Source: Rhynchobatus australiae (taxonomy: Eukaryota). Taken from it: 64,000 bases of DNA. The stretch is taken from NCBI GenBank assembly GCA_034780895.1, contig JAUZTB010000072.1, positions 16,471,973 to 16,535,972 of the forward strand, given 5' to 3'. Positions 50,187 through 62,720 of this stretch are shown here, in pieces. The notes under the pieces are model-generated. The model saw nothing but the letters and a program-made list of their open reading frames with translations. It made no database searches and had not been told where the DNA came from. Each line of letters begins with the position of its first letter. Within the stretch, counting starts at the first letter, position 1. Position numbers and translations under genes: made by a program.

Positions 50187-51360
50187 GTGGTCGAGAGAGC
50201 TTGCACCCACATCTCTGCCATTTTCTGCACCTCTACTCTAACCTCCACCCCTCCCAGACCCAACAAGGATAGGGTCCCCCTTGTCCTCATGTTTCATCCT
50301 ACCAGCCTATGTATCCAACACATTATTCTCTGCCATCTCCAACCGTACCCCACCACCAAGCATGTCTTCCCCTCCCCAGCCCTTTCTGCCTTTCGCAAGG
50401 ACCGCTGTCTCTCTGACTTCCTAGTTCACTTCTCCCCATGCATCCCGCTTCCACCCTGGGGACTTTCCATTGCACCCACCACAGGTGCAACACCTGCCCC
50501 TACACCACCTGCATCCTGGGATCCAAATAGTCCTTTCAGGTGAGACAGAGATTTATCTGCACCTNNNNNNNNNNATTAATATCATTTACTGTATTTAGTG
50601 TTCCAACTGTAGCCACCTCTACACTGGCGAGACCAAATGCAGACTAGGTGACCATTTTGCAGAACACCTGTGCTCTGTCGGTAACCATGATCTGCATTTC
50701 CCTGTTGTCAGTCACTTCAACTCTTTCCCATTCCACCACAGATATGTCATTCCTTGGCCTCCTCCACTGCCAGAAGTCCAAGCGCAAACTGGAGGAACAG
50801 CACCTCATTTTCTGTCTTGGAACCTTGTAGCCTAATGGCAAGAACATTGAACTCTCCCACAAACTTGCCCCCTGCCCTAACCTCCCATCCATGTCTCTTC
50901 ATCCTTTTCCTTGCCCCTCTTTTTTTACCCCCCCTTTTTTCCTCCCTACCTTTTGACCCATCCCCCAGTGGATCTGCTCTCCCTTCCCTCCCCACACCTG
51001 CCTATCACTATCTCTTACCTGCATCTACCATCACTACTTTGTGCCCACCCTGCCCCCCTCTTTTGTCCACTTATTACTGCTCTGCTTTTCTCTCCTATAT
51101 ATTGGGCTTCCCCTTNNNNNNNNNNNNNNNNNNNNNNNNNNNNNNNNNNNNNNNNNNNNNNNNNNNNNNNNNNNNNNNNNNNNNNNNNNNNNNNNNNNNN
51201 NNNNNNNNNNNNNNNTATCTTCAGTCCTGAAGAAGGGTCCTGACCCAAAATGTTGACTGCCTGCTTTTCTCCATGGATGCTGCCTGGCCTGCTGAGTTTC
51301 TCCAGGATGATAGTGTTTTTCATCTAGATTCCAGCATCTGCAGTCCTTTGTTTCTTTAAC
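50187..51360 (+). mobile_element. Penelope-like element 3' part (GIY-YIG remnant, pyrimidine-rich tail, hammerhead-like terminus), sense copy
   Basis: LYTGETKCRLGDHFAEHL and RKLEEQHLIFCLGTL; CTGAAGAAGGGTCCTGACCCAAAA near the end. Confidence 0.85.
51222..51259 (+). ncRNA. Decayed minimal type I hammerhead ribozyme of the Penelope-like element
   Basis: CAGTC|CTGAAGA|A GGGT-CCTG-ACCC|AAAA TGTT|GACTG. Stems I and II are intact; GAAAC-GT has become AAAAT-GT, consistent with CpG decay. Confidence 0.7.
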
Positions 51361-52274
51361 CTGAGCTCTGCTTTTATTTGTTGTCACTGACAATCTTGAA
51401 TGTTGCATCTTTCAACCCATTAAAAAGAAAAATCTGTGTGTAGATATAACTGTAAATAGGCTGAGTAACTGGTATCTCCTGAGTTGTACAGTGATTAATG
51501 AGAATTTGACTTTACAGAATAGTCTCTATTTAATTTAGATCTTTTGATTTAGTGGGAGATTCCCATACTACCCTCATGCAGCTTTCCTGCATTTATAGAC
51601 CTCTGACGCAGAACTTAATGTAACTAGAGTCAGGCAGAGCAGGCTTGTGCTTCATCTGGTTCTCATGCTGTTAAGTCGTAGTCTGAGACCTTGAACTTGG
51701 GCACATGGATCTGTGTACTGATGGAATGCATTAAATTATTGCATCCTCTAGCTAAGAAAAGAAAATCAATTGAGCACATTCAAAGGTGCTTTAAATAGAA
51801 TTTATATGATGCGTAACAGAGCAGCAAACTCAGTAGAAACACAACTAAGAATATTTGAATATCTGAAGTGACCTACTGTGGGATTTATCTGAGATTTTCA
51901 AGCCTCAGGTTAAGGTTCATAAATATTTGCTGACCATTCAAAAGTAAATCCATTTTTGGAACAAGATTTTATAAATTTGCATTCTAATATCTTGTGAAAT
52001 GAAATTTATGTAATATGTGGTGTTTTATATGAATCTTGTATCTGAGGATGTCGCCTATTGGATCATTTGTTCAGTTCTGGTCGCCTCATTATAGGAAGGA
52101 TGTGGAAGTGTTGGAAAGGGTGTGGAGGAGATTTACCAGGATGCTGCCTGGTTTAGAGAGTATGCAGTATGANNNNNNNNNNNNNNNNNNNNNNNNNNNN
52201 NNNNNNNNNNNNNNNNNNNNNNNNNNNNNNNNNNNNNNNNNNNNNNNNNNNNNNNNNNNNNNNNNNNNNNNNCA

Positions 52275-52640
52275 TAGCTCCAACGTCTCCACCTGACCTC
52301 TGCTACTCTTTGTGTGAAATTTGCATGTTTTCCAGTTTCTTCCCAAACCCCAAAGATGTGCCAGCTGGTAGGTTAATTGACTATTATAAATTAACTCACT
52401 CAAAGTGAATTCATGGGCACGTGAATAAAAATAGGTTAAAGGGAAATAACTGGAGAATGAGATTGATGGGATTGTTTTGAGAGCCAGTCTAGACTCAATG
52501 ATAAGATCAGATCTTTATTAGTCACATGCACATCGAAACACACAGTGAAATGCATCTTTTGCGTAGAGTGTTCTGGGGGCAGCCCGTAAGTGTCGCCATG
52601 CTTCTGGCGCCAACATAGCACGCCCACAACTGAATGGTTT
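52275..52640 (+). mobile_element. V-SINE fragment, followed by a short antisense Rex-like tail insertion at about 52500-52630
   Basis: ttccagtttcttcccaaaccccaaagatgtg...ggtaggttaattg, then tttattagtcacatgcacatcgaaacacacagtgaaatgc. Confidence 0.5.
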
Positions 52641-53169
52641 CCTTCCTTATCGGCTCAGTCATTTGATTGCATTAACTCTTTACAGGTGATGTTAATCTCC
52701 CTTCAAATGAAGTGAATACATAATCTCCAAGACGTCAATAACATAATTAAAAGGAAGTAACAATGTGATAGTTAAATATGGAAAATTCATGAGGAATGCA
52801 AATAAAATGTTTAAATATTAGGTTTTAAGGATCTGTTGTTAATTATTTTTTATATAATAGGATATAATAATATGGAATGTAATGCCTATGGAAGGTCCCC
52901 TTTGGAAGATGAGCTAAGGCTGGCTCATTCAGCACCCCCTGCAGCTGTCAACTAAGAGTGAACTTAAATCGTGTATTTGTAATCTTTTGTGTTGGGCAAG
53001 GAGTAGTACAAATGCCTATTGCAGCCTTATATTCCTAATGTTCACTTCCCACTGCAGCCTCCCTCTTCAAACTTACTTGACCTCGTCCCTGTGGAAGAAC
53101 ATCAGATACCAGAAGCTCCTCTGGAATGGACAGATGGCTCCCAATTTCAGGCAAGTCTTGGGCCTTGAA

Positions 53170-53970
53170 ATGTTAGAGCAGAGAACAGTGCAGCACAGGA
53201 GCAGGCCCTTCGGCCCACCATGTCTGTGCCGACCACAATGCCAATCTAAATTTATCCCATCTGTTTGCTCAGTTCTCCATTCCCCGCCTGTTTATGTGTC
53301 TGTCTAAATGCCTCTTAAAAGTTGTTATTGTATCTGCTTCCACCACCTCACCTTGCAGCACCTTCCAAGCATCTACCACACTGTCTAAAAAAAACCTGAC
53401 TCGCAAATCTCCTTTAAACTTCTCCCTACTCACCTTGTACCTATGCCCCCTCATATTCGACATTTCCACCCATGGGAAAGGGCTCTATTTACTCTATCCA
53501 TGCCGCACATAATTTTACAAACTTCCTTCAGGTCACCCCTCAGCCTCCAGAGCAAACAATCCAAGTTTTTCCAACCTCTCTTTATAGCTAATGTATTACA
53601 ATCCAGGAACATCCTGGTGAACCTCTTCTGCACCCTCTCCAAAGCTTTCACATGCTTCCAGTAGTGCAGCAAACAGAACTGCACACAATACACCAAATGT
53701 GGTTTAACCAGAATTTTACACAGCTGCAACGTGACTTCCCAGCTTCAGTGCCCTGACCGATGTAAGCCTCCTTTACCACCCTATCTAATTCTGTTGCCAC
53801 TTTCAGGGAGCCGTGAACAGCTGTATTCTTTGATTCCCTTCCTTGTTATCCATAACTTTCCCAATTTCTGTGTCATCTAATTCACTAATCAGGCCACCTA
53901 CATTTTCATCCAAATCATGAATATATATTACAAACAACAGAGGTCCCAACACTGATCCTTGTGGCACCCA
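53170..53970 (-). mobile_element. CR1 LINE 3' fragment
   Basis: LVKPHLVYCVQF...KALERVQKRFTRM and RGHRYKVSREKFKGDLR. Confidence 0.85.
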
Positions 53971-53974
53971 GGTC

Positions 53975-54276
53975 ATTCTCTCTTGTCTCCTCTCCCATCA
54001 GGCAGAAGATACAGGAGCCTGAGGGCACATAGCACCAGGCTCAAAGGCAGCTTCTACCCCACAGTGATTGGACTATTGAACAGTTCCCTTATACAATAAG
54101 ATGGATTCTTGACCTCACAATCTATCTTGTTTGATCTTGCACCTTATTATCTATTTGCACTGCATTTTCCTTCCCAGTAGCTGTGACACTTTACTCTGTA
54201 TTCTGTTATTGTTTTTTACCCTCTACTATCTCAATACACTGTGTAATGAATTGATCTGTATGAACAGTATGCAAGA
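53975..54276 (+). mobile_element. Rex1/Babar-like LINE 3' fragment
   Basis: SPLPSGRRYRSLRAHSTRLKGSFYPTVIGLLN; 3'UTR shared with 20800-21055. Confidence 0.65.
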
Positions 54277-54740
54277 CAGGATGCTGCCTGGTTTAGAGAG
54301 CGTGCATTATGAGGAGGGACTAAGGGAGCTAGGGCTTTACTCTTTGGAGAGAAGGAGAATGAGAGGAGACATGAGAGAGGTGTACAAAATATTGAGAGGA
54401 ATAGAAAGAGTGGACAGCTGGCGCCTCTTCCCCAGGGCACCAGTGCTCAATACAAGAGGGCATGGCTTTAAAGTAATGGGTGGAAAGTTCAAGGGAGATA
54501 TCAGAGGAAGGTTTTTTACCCAGAGAGTGGTTTGGGCATGGAATGCGCTGCCTGGGTCAGTGGTGAAGGCAGGTACATTGGTCAAATTCAAGAGATTACT
54601 AGATAGACATGTGGAGGAAGTTAAAGTAGAGGGATATATGGGAGAAAGAGGTTAGATAGTTTTAGGTGAGGTTTAAAGGTCGACACAACATTGTGGGCTG
54701 AAGAGCCTGTATTGTGCTACACTGTTCTGTGTTCTATTTC
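54277..54740 (+). mobile_element. Young CR1 LINE 3' fragment
   Basis: Open frame RMLPGLESVHYEEGLRELGLYSLERRRMRGD...GRFFTQRVVWAWNALP. Confidence 0.9.
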
Positions 54741-56954
54741 TGATCATCTAGATTTTGTTTTCTCCTGATTCAGTCCCACAATGTTCCACAAAACCTATGC
54801 AGCACGATACACAATGGTGTTGTCTCCATCTCCTAATGATTAGCATAAAATTTGACCCATCAGGGAAGTAGGAAATCTCCTTTTCATTGGTTTCCCAGTA
54901 ATGCTTAGTCACTTCAGTCTATAGGTACCTGCTGACACGATCTTTCCATCCTTTCCTGGTGTTGGTTGAGGCCTCCTTTTTCTCCAGTCATGGTCAGGAC
55001 TCAGAATGAATCTTCCCTGGAGTGGCTGCAGTCACTGAGTGGCATTATCTCTTCCACCAGGGTGATGGATGCTTGTTGATTTATTAGATACACCCAGCTG
55101 TACAATTCAGAATATAGCATTGTCATCTAACACATCAAAAAATGTTGGAACATTTCTGCACTAAAATTGCAAACTTTAAATTTTCTGACATTTAGTTAAC
55201 ATCCATTTCCTAATTTGTTCTCTCTCTATTCTACAATAATGACCTTGACATGTTTGATTTTACCAGTTTTAACAGGTTTTTAAAAGTAGGGAGTATTTTG
55301 AAGAAGAGTTAAATTTTAATGAGTTTTAAGTGACGCTTCACAGGTTCTCCGGTTTTAATTGGTTTTTGACTGTTCTGTCTGTACATGACATACTAAAGCT
55401 GGAAGCAGTTCCCCTTTTAATAAATGTACTTGCTCTGCACCATTGTAATCTGTGTTTCAAGAACTCCCCTTTGTTGCTNNNNNNNNNNNNNNNNNNNNNN
55501 NNNNNNNNNNNNNNNNNNNNNNNNNNNNNNNNNNNNNNNNNNNNNNNNNNNNNNNNNNNNNNNNNNNNNNNNNNNNNNNNNNNNNNNNNNNNNNNNNNNN
55601 NNNNNNNNNNNNNNNNNNNNNNNNNNNNNNNNNNNNNNNNNNNNNNNNTACAGTGATCGTAACTAGATCTAGTACTACCTCTTCCCTGCTAGTTGCTCCT
55701 GCCTCAGGAGGCAGTCTTGAACATAGTTTAGAAATTTATTTACATTCACTTCCAGGTTGCAGTTTATGGAAGTTGCCAGTTAAAAGGCATCAGGGTGGTT
55801 AAATCTGAAGATGGCAAAGGCATTTTTCATTTTAATCAGTAAAACAGCTGAAATAAGCAGGGCAATGTTGCAGAGGTGGAGCTCATCTCTGTTGAGCTAG
55901 ATTCACATGTGTTAGAACGATAGATCCAAGCAAAACTAGCATCTTACAAAAGAGAACTAAGATATACCCTTGGGAATAGTCATCCATGATGTGTGCATTC
56001 CTTAGCATTCATAGGATGCCTCTGCTAGCTGTGTTCAGATGCAGTCTGCCTTGTAATACCAAAGAGCTGGAAGATTGAGAGAAATTGGAAGAAGGCAGTG
56101 TGGTAAAGTGTATTGCATGTTGCTGGAATATCAGGAATGTGGCTTTGCCTTTATCCCAAGGCTGAGTGTGCATTAACAGGGCTGATTTGCTTACTCAGGA
56201 GTGGGGATTAGCCTAAATCCTGTGTTGTGTTTTTCAGTCCCTGCAGTATTTGCTTAAATTGGGCAAATACTGCCTTAAGCTTTAAGATCCCTTGTGACAT
56301 GAATAGGTGAGACACCATCTGCACCAGTAGCTGTGGTTGTTACTCGACTACTTCAGTCACTTCAAACCAACACGTGTTGCTTTCTAGAAGGATTGTGAAT
56401 GATTTGCATTCAGTACGACCTTCACAATTATGATGTCATGTTTTTTTCTTTACAACTTTTGAAGTAGCCATTAATGTAACATGGAAATCAAAAGACAATA
56501 CCTGCAACAAGTCTGCACTCCCTCAGGACTGTACTACGGGTATTGTTCTACAAAGTGTGTTCAGATCTCTTGAGTGGAATTTGAGCTTGTGAGTTTCTGA
56601 TTCATAAGATGCAGGGGGAAGATATGAGGGAGGTGTCTAAATAGACCAATGGGCCTCTTGAACCTCCTTAGCCTTTCAGATAAATCATGACGAATCCTTA
56701 ACATCACTTTTATGCCTGATCCCCAAATCCCTGCTCTTATTCTATCAGGCAAGAGAGCACTCACTTGAGCTACTTTGGTTACTGTTTAAAAGGTCAAAGC
56801 ATGACTGTTAGAACATTCACAAGGAAGAACAACAGGTTTGTGTTTTGTGCCCTGGCTGGTAATGTACAGGGTGATAACATGCTTTACAAATGGCTAGCCC
56901 TGATTATCAGATATGTAACTTTTTTTTAAACTGGTTATCTTGTCTCCGCAATAG

Positions 56955-57080
56955 GATATCACACCATACATGAATCCCTGTCCATACACAGTTTCGCCAA
57001 ACACACATGTGTCTCAGGTCTTCAACCTGTTCCGTACCATGGGATTGAGACACCTTCCGGTCGTCAATGCTGTAGGAGAG
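56955..57080 (+). CDS. CLCN6: CLCN6 exon 22 (CBS2: DITPYMNPCPYTVSPNTHVSQVFNLFRTMGLRHLPVVNAVGE)
   Basis: 126 bp, AG/GT boundaries. Confidence 0.96.
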
Positions 57081-57559
57081 GTGAGTTGTGGGATGGGGAA
57101 TCCCTGATAACACATGGGATCAGTGGGAATTATATTGGGGAAATGGGTCAGTGAGGATATTTGGTGAGGCTAGAGGCAGGTACTGTGTAATATTTCAGCA
57201 CTGGGGGAAGGTGAATGGGTATGTGTAAGAAATTTTAGTGGAGGTATATCAAGAGTTTTTCTATGGAAATGATGAAATCCCTTCTATGAAATGACATGAT
57301 TGGTTGGTTTTCCTCTGATTACCTATAGGAATTGAGAGAGAATTTCTTTGGGTTCTCCTCAAGGGAAATTAATGATATCAGTTAACATGTCTAATGGCAT
57401 CGTCTTGTGTTTGAAGAAAGAAAATTGAACTTCTTAAGCAAATCTTATTGAATGGAAAAAGGAAACATTAGAAGCAGGGTTCTTTCTGCAACTTTGCTGC
57501 ATATGCTTTAGCAGTTAGAAATCTTACCAGAATCTATTTTTATTCTTCCTTTGTTTTAG

Positions 57560-57640
57560 ATTGTTGGAATCATCACACGACATAATTTGAGCCACGATTT
57601 TCTATTGATGAAACTGCGACACCACAACATGACAATCTGA
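57560..57640 (+). CDS. CLCN6: CLCN6 exon 23 (IVGIITRHNLSHDFLLMKLRHHNMTI*)
   Basis: Acceptor at 57558-57559, TGA at 57638-57640. Confidence 0.95.
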   Translation: MVGIITRHNLSHDFLLMKLRHHNMTI

Positions 57641-60163
57641 TTCTCTCCCTCACAGTGCAACATTCCAGATGCTTCTGCCTCTCATTGCAATGACAGTGAT
57701 TTTCGGGGCCATCTGAAAAGGCAGGATATTCTTTGGTGCCAGTCCTCTCCTCATCTACCTGCCATACTGGATTAATGAACAGCTGCTGAAGCATTTAGGT
57801 CCCCAATTTTTAGTCTAGTTTGCAGCATTATTTGTCTGTTTAGTCCATGGCTGATTTTTGTTAATTGTGGAACTAATTAAAGTGCTTGTACTTGAGTGAG
57901 TCGGGCAGCAGTGAAAGGGAGTAGTTTGTTTTATGAGTTAAATTGGACCTCCAAACGTCTGAGAATTTCGTAGTGAGGGCAGTCAGTTGAATGTTTTATG
58001 GAGTTTGGCAGTTGGTTGACTGCATTTTTCTCGTGGTCAATCAATATCAAAAGGACAAGTCTGGGAAAAGCACAAACGCGAAACACTAAGTAGACAAAAA
58101 ATAGAGGAACTTACTAATGGAGTTATTCAGAGATAGATGATTGACACTTTGGCATTTGGTTTAAACACTATATCTACAGATTAACTGGATATTGTAATTT
58201 GGATAAATCTGTTTCTGGGCACAGACTTGGAAGTTTGGTTTTAAAGGATGCAGACAGAAAATGCTGGTAATACAGTTTCCAACTGAGTGGAGCAAGGTTA
58301 GGATCTTTGCATGGTTAGTTGAAGGAACTTGTTTATCAATAGCCACAGCTTGTTCCATTTCAGTATCTCTCAGAATCCTAGTGGGAGGAATCTTTGTTGC
58401 TTTTAGTAACCATGACAGTTCACTGAGCCTTGTCATGATACAGTTGCTGTGATTTCCATGGTAACACAATTTGGGGGAGATGCACATCTCAAGTTGTAAC
58501 AATCCATGCAAGTAATGTCTTGCATGACGCCACTACATGAAAAGTTGTTGGCTTGAATGTGATCAGTGAGTGACAGGTCTGAAAACAAAATTGTATTGGA
58601 ATTAATGTAACAAGGCCTCCAAATGGAGCCTTTGGGTTTTTTTTTAAGTAGTTGTAATTGTAGCAGAATTGTCCTTTGCCATAAATGCAATAGCCCAGGG
58701 AGGGGGAAGAGGTTGAGGTAATTATCTATTGGTGTGCTGAAGAATGTAATGAAAATTGCTGGAATTGGTGAGAAGGAGGAGCTGCTGGTTAAAGTTTTGT
58801 GCAAAATTGTGTAGCTGGCCATCTCTGCCATGTTGTCTTGGCTGATGTTACTGTCTGAGCCTCGCCTCTCTATTTTGTTAAGGGAAATGAACTTTGCATG
58901 TGTATTAAGGGCAGGGTTATTCTTCATTGTTTTCTGTAACTGAAAAACAATGCCATGTTGTTAAAATTGAGAAGTATATTGTACTTATGAAAGGTTAAAC
59001 CACACAAAGGGAACTCCAGAGCAGCTGGATCATGAAATGAAAGGGAAAGACTCCAATTCTGAGCCTCCCAAACAGATGCTATTGTTCTTCCCTTTTCTTT
59101 TTAATTCTCTATCTTTTGGGTTTTTTGTCTTTAAGAGTTTAATTATTTATACAAATGTTTTTTTTAAGTAAGTAATTTGGGACATTTAGTATCTTTATTA
59201 GAAGCCTTGGTTTTGTTTTCAGTGTGTTCATTGCACTTAATCTGCCATGACTGTCACCTTAAGTTTTCATCATTTTGATACAAGTTTATTGTGCATCCCT
59301 TGTGGACTTGTAGCCTGGATGTGTAAAATCACTGTACCAGCACTGTTTACACTTCTGTTTCAGAAATGCTCGTGGTGTATGATGAGCTTGGGACCTTCTG
59401 CAAGAAACAAAGGCAAAATATCACCCAATTAGTAGTAAGGCCCAGATCATCACTGCTGTTTATTACAAAGCAGTTCTGCTTTTTACTACTGGGACAATGT
59501 AGAATACCAGTGTCCTACTTGGAACCTAGGTTGTCAGTTGGGTGAATCTCAACCTGGTTTCTGAGCCATAGAACAACTTTATTTTTAATACTGTTTTGAG
59601 ACGCTTAAATTGGGCTGTGTCTGCTTTCCATAGAACCTTGAATTGTCTTCTCAGCATCAAATTCCACTCTCCCTCCCCAACTCCCCCAGTCCTCTGAAAC
59701 ACCTAAAGGCACAGCACAGCACCCAACAACACCATCACCTATTCTTTACCCACCTCCCCCACTTTTCCATTGGCATGGAGCACTGGAATCAAGTGTTGCT
59801 TAAATCCAGGTTCCATTAATTAACTGACATTTGCAACTGCTGAAAACAGTTTATGAATCTTCAGTCCTGCAACATTCAAAGGCGGCAAGAAAACCTCCAG
59901 GTGAGCAGGGCTGACGTGGGTTCTAGTCTCTAACTATATTACAATTGTCTATAAAGTCTTGAAATCTCAGAATGATGGATGTTAAGTTGCTGCAACCAGA
60001 ATATTATCACATTATCATGTTTGCACTTATTATTTTATACATTAATTGTTTCACATCAGAATGCTTCTGAAGCCAAATGTAATTCTCATTTTATTTTTTT
60101 ATTCCATGTTTTTAAAAGTTCTGATCTTATAATCTCTTATTTTTTAAGATTAGATTACATTAA

Positions 60164-60198
60164 AATAAAACATTCCCATTTGTGGTGTTGGGGGTGTC
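60164..60198 (+). terminator. Candidate CLCN6 polyadenylation signal (AATAAA plus downstream GU-rich element)
   Basis: AATAAA at 60164-60169, then TGTGGTGTTGGGGGTGTC at 60181-60198; U-rich upstream. Confidence 0.55.
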
Positions 60199-62486
60199 AG
60201 TTCATATTATTTGTTTTCCACATATTGAGGAATTCTAAAGCATTAAGTGGATGTTGTAGGGATTTCTCTGTTTACTTCAGTTCCTTGCACCTGGCAAGTT
60301 GCATAAACTGGGCATGATTACCCTTGAGTTCAGAAGATTGAACTCTGTTCTGGTCAAACCAGTAATTTGTAAAGGTTCATATTGAGTTTGTTATTCCTGA
60401 NNNNNNNNNNNNNNNNNNNNNNNNNNNNNNNNNNNNNNNNNNNNNNNNNNNNNNNNNNNNNNNNNNNNNNNNNNNNNNNNNNNNNNNNNNNNNNNNNNNN
60501 NNNNNNNNNNNNNNNNNNNNNNNNNNNNNNNNNNNNNNNNNNNNNNNNNNNNNNNNNNNNNNNNNNNNNNNNNNNNNNNNNNNNNNNNNNNNNNNNNNNN
60601 NNNNNNNNNNNNNNNNNNNNNNNNNNNNNNNNNNNNNNNNNNNNNNNNNNNNNNNNNNNNNNNNNNNNNNNNNNNNNNNNNNNNNNNNNNNNNNNNNNNN
60701 NNNNNNNNNNNNNNNNNNNNNNNNNNNNNNNNNNNNNNNNNNNNNNNNNNNNNNNNNNNNNNNNNNNNNNNNNNNNNNNNNNNNNNNNNNNNNNNNNNNN
60801 NNNNNNNNNNNNNNNNNNNNNNNNNNNNNNNNNNNNNNNNNNNNNNNNNNNNNNNNNNNNNNNNNNNNNNNNNNNNNNNNNNNNNNNNNNNNNNNNNNNN
60901 NNNNNNNNNNNNNNNNNNNNNNNNNNNNNNNNNNNNNNNNNNNNNNNNNNNNNNNNNNNNNNNNNNNNNNNNNNNNNNNNNNNNNNNNNNNNNNNNNNNN
61001 NNNNNNNNNNNNNNNNNNNNNNNNNNNNNNNNNNNNNNNNNNNNNNNNNNNNNNNNNNNNNNNNNNNNNNNNNNNNNNNNNNNNNNNNNNNNNNNNNNNN
61101 NNNNNNNNNNNNNNNNNNNNNNNNNNNNNNNNNNNNNNNNNNNNNNNNNNNNNNNNNNNNNNNNNNNNNNNNNNNNNNNNNNNNNNNNNNNNNNNNNNNN
61201 NNNNNNNNNNNNNNNNNNNNNNNNNNNNNNNNNNNNNNNNNNNNNNNNNNNNNNNNNNNNNNNNNNNTCACCATGGTACTTTGCCCTTCATTCATGGTGA
61301 TGGGATGCCTGAACTCTGGACATCGACAAAACAACAATGGCTACTGTTCTGTTATTGGACAGACATATTGACTTTTTCTGTTTGCTTAGATGTATCACTT
61401 CACTGCCACAAAGTGCTCCATCTAAAGGGCCCAGGCTAAACTTAATGAAATTCCCTGCTATGAGGAATTGATATTCATTGACAGCCAAAACTGTAAATCG
61501 ACCACAGGCCACTTGACTGGGAACTCACTGTTGTTCCACTAGAGATACTAAGTTCATATATCAGTGTGTTATAATAAGTATGAGCTTAATTTTTAAAGTC
61601 TTACATACAATATTCACTCATTCCTGCCATACCCATGAGCCCCAAAAATAATTTATTATATTCAAAATCACAAATAAAAGATAGCTCCACATTTTCTGGT
61701 TAAAAATTAAACCTGAAATATTAAAGCAAACTACATTGGTTTAATAATAAAAAAACAAACTTGCATTTGGGTATCAGCTGATTCGCTGTATGCAATCACG
61801 TGCTGTTTTTTTCAATATCTTAAAGAATATTAACACTCCTTTAGTGAAATTTTTAATTTAAATTATGTCATTTCAACTTGTTTTCTCTCCTTAATTATTG
61901 GCTGTGACTTTCTTAGTGGCATTCTTGTCTGTCACTTAGGTTCTGGCATCAAGTCATACTCCAGAGACTTGAGCAGCCTAGGAGATTGAAGTTCCTGTGG
62001 AGCTTTGAGGAAGTGCTACACTTCCAGAGGTGTCTTTTTTCTCAGACAATTTTGGAGCCCTGCCTACCCTCCTGAGTGATGTGAAAGGCCTTCTTCAAAG
62101 TAGGGACCGAAAACCAAAAAAAAACACCTGTGGATGTTGGGAATCTGAAATGAAAAGGAGAGAAGGCCGAAAACAGTTAGTGGCTCAGGTAGTATCTGTG
62201 AAATTAGAAACTGAGGTGATGTTTCAGGTCAAAGACACATTGTTGGCTGAAAGTTGCTGGCATTTTCTACTTTTGTTTCAAAGTAGGGCAAATGTTTTTC
62301 AATGGGTTGGCCAACATCACTGGGGGAAAAAATAAATTATCTAGTAATCATCTTTAACACATTGTTATTTGATGAGTTTGTGAGATTCAGCAGGGAAACA
62401 GGACCTTCAACCTATTGAGCCCGTGCTGACCATTAACCACCCATTTACATTAGTCCTAGAGTAATTCCATTTCTTTTATTCTCCCC

Positions 62487-62720
62487 ATGGTATGGTAGTG
62501 TAGCGGTTACCATAACACTATTACAGTGCCAGTGATTGGAGTTCAATTCCCGCCGCTGTCTGTAAGGAGTTTATATGTTCTCCCCGTGACTGCGTGGTTT
62601 CCTCCCACATTCTAAAGGTGTATGGATTAGTAGGTTAACATGGGTGTAATTGGGCGGTGCAGGCTCATGGGGCCAGAAGGGCCTGTTACCGTGCTGTGTG
62701 AATATAAAATAAAGTAAAAA
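62487..62720 (+). mobile_element. tRNA-derived V-SINE (HE1-like)
   Basis: A-box-like TGGTAGTGTAGCGG, B-box GGAGTTCAATTCC, V-domain ttctccccgtgactgcgtggtttcc, CR1-like tail, A-rich end. Confidence 0.75.

Larger units (their letters stand above)
17604..57640 (+). other. CLCN6: CLCN6 gene (late-endosomal Cl-/H+ exchanger ClC-6), coding span, 23 exons, about 866 aa
   Basis: Spliced CDS totals 2601 nt. CLC signatures GSGIPE, GKEGP, SLEEG, GLFVP and GIYD are present, with two CBS domains and the ClC-6-type Cys-rich N-terminus. Head-to-head synteny with MTHFR. Confidence 0.98.

Noticed and set aside
54131-54655. 174-aa ORF as an independent gene
   Set aside because: Read-through from a Rex-like 3'UTR into a truncated CR1 ORF2 C-terminus
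62487-62560. Possible tRNA gene (A and B boxes)
   Set aside because: No cloverleaf; continues into a SINE body and LINE-like tail
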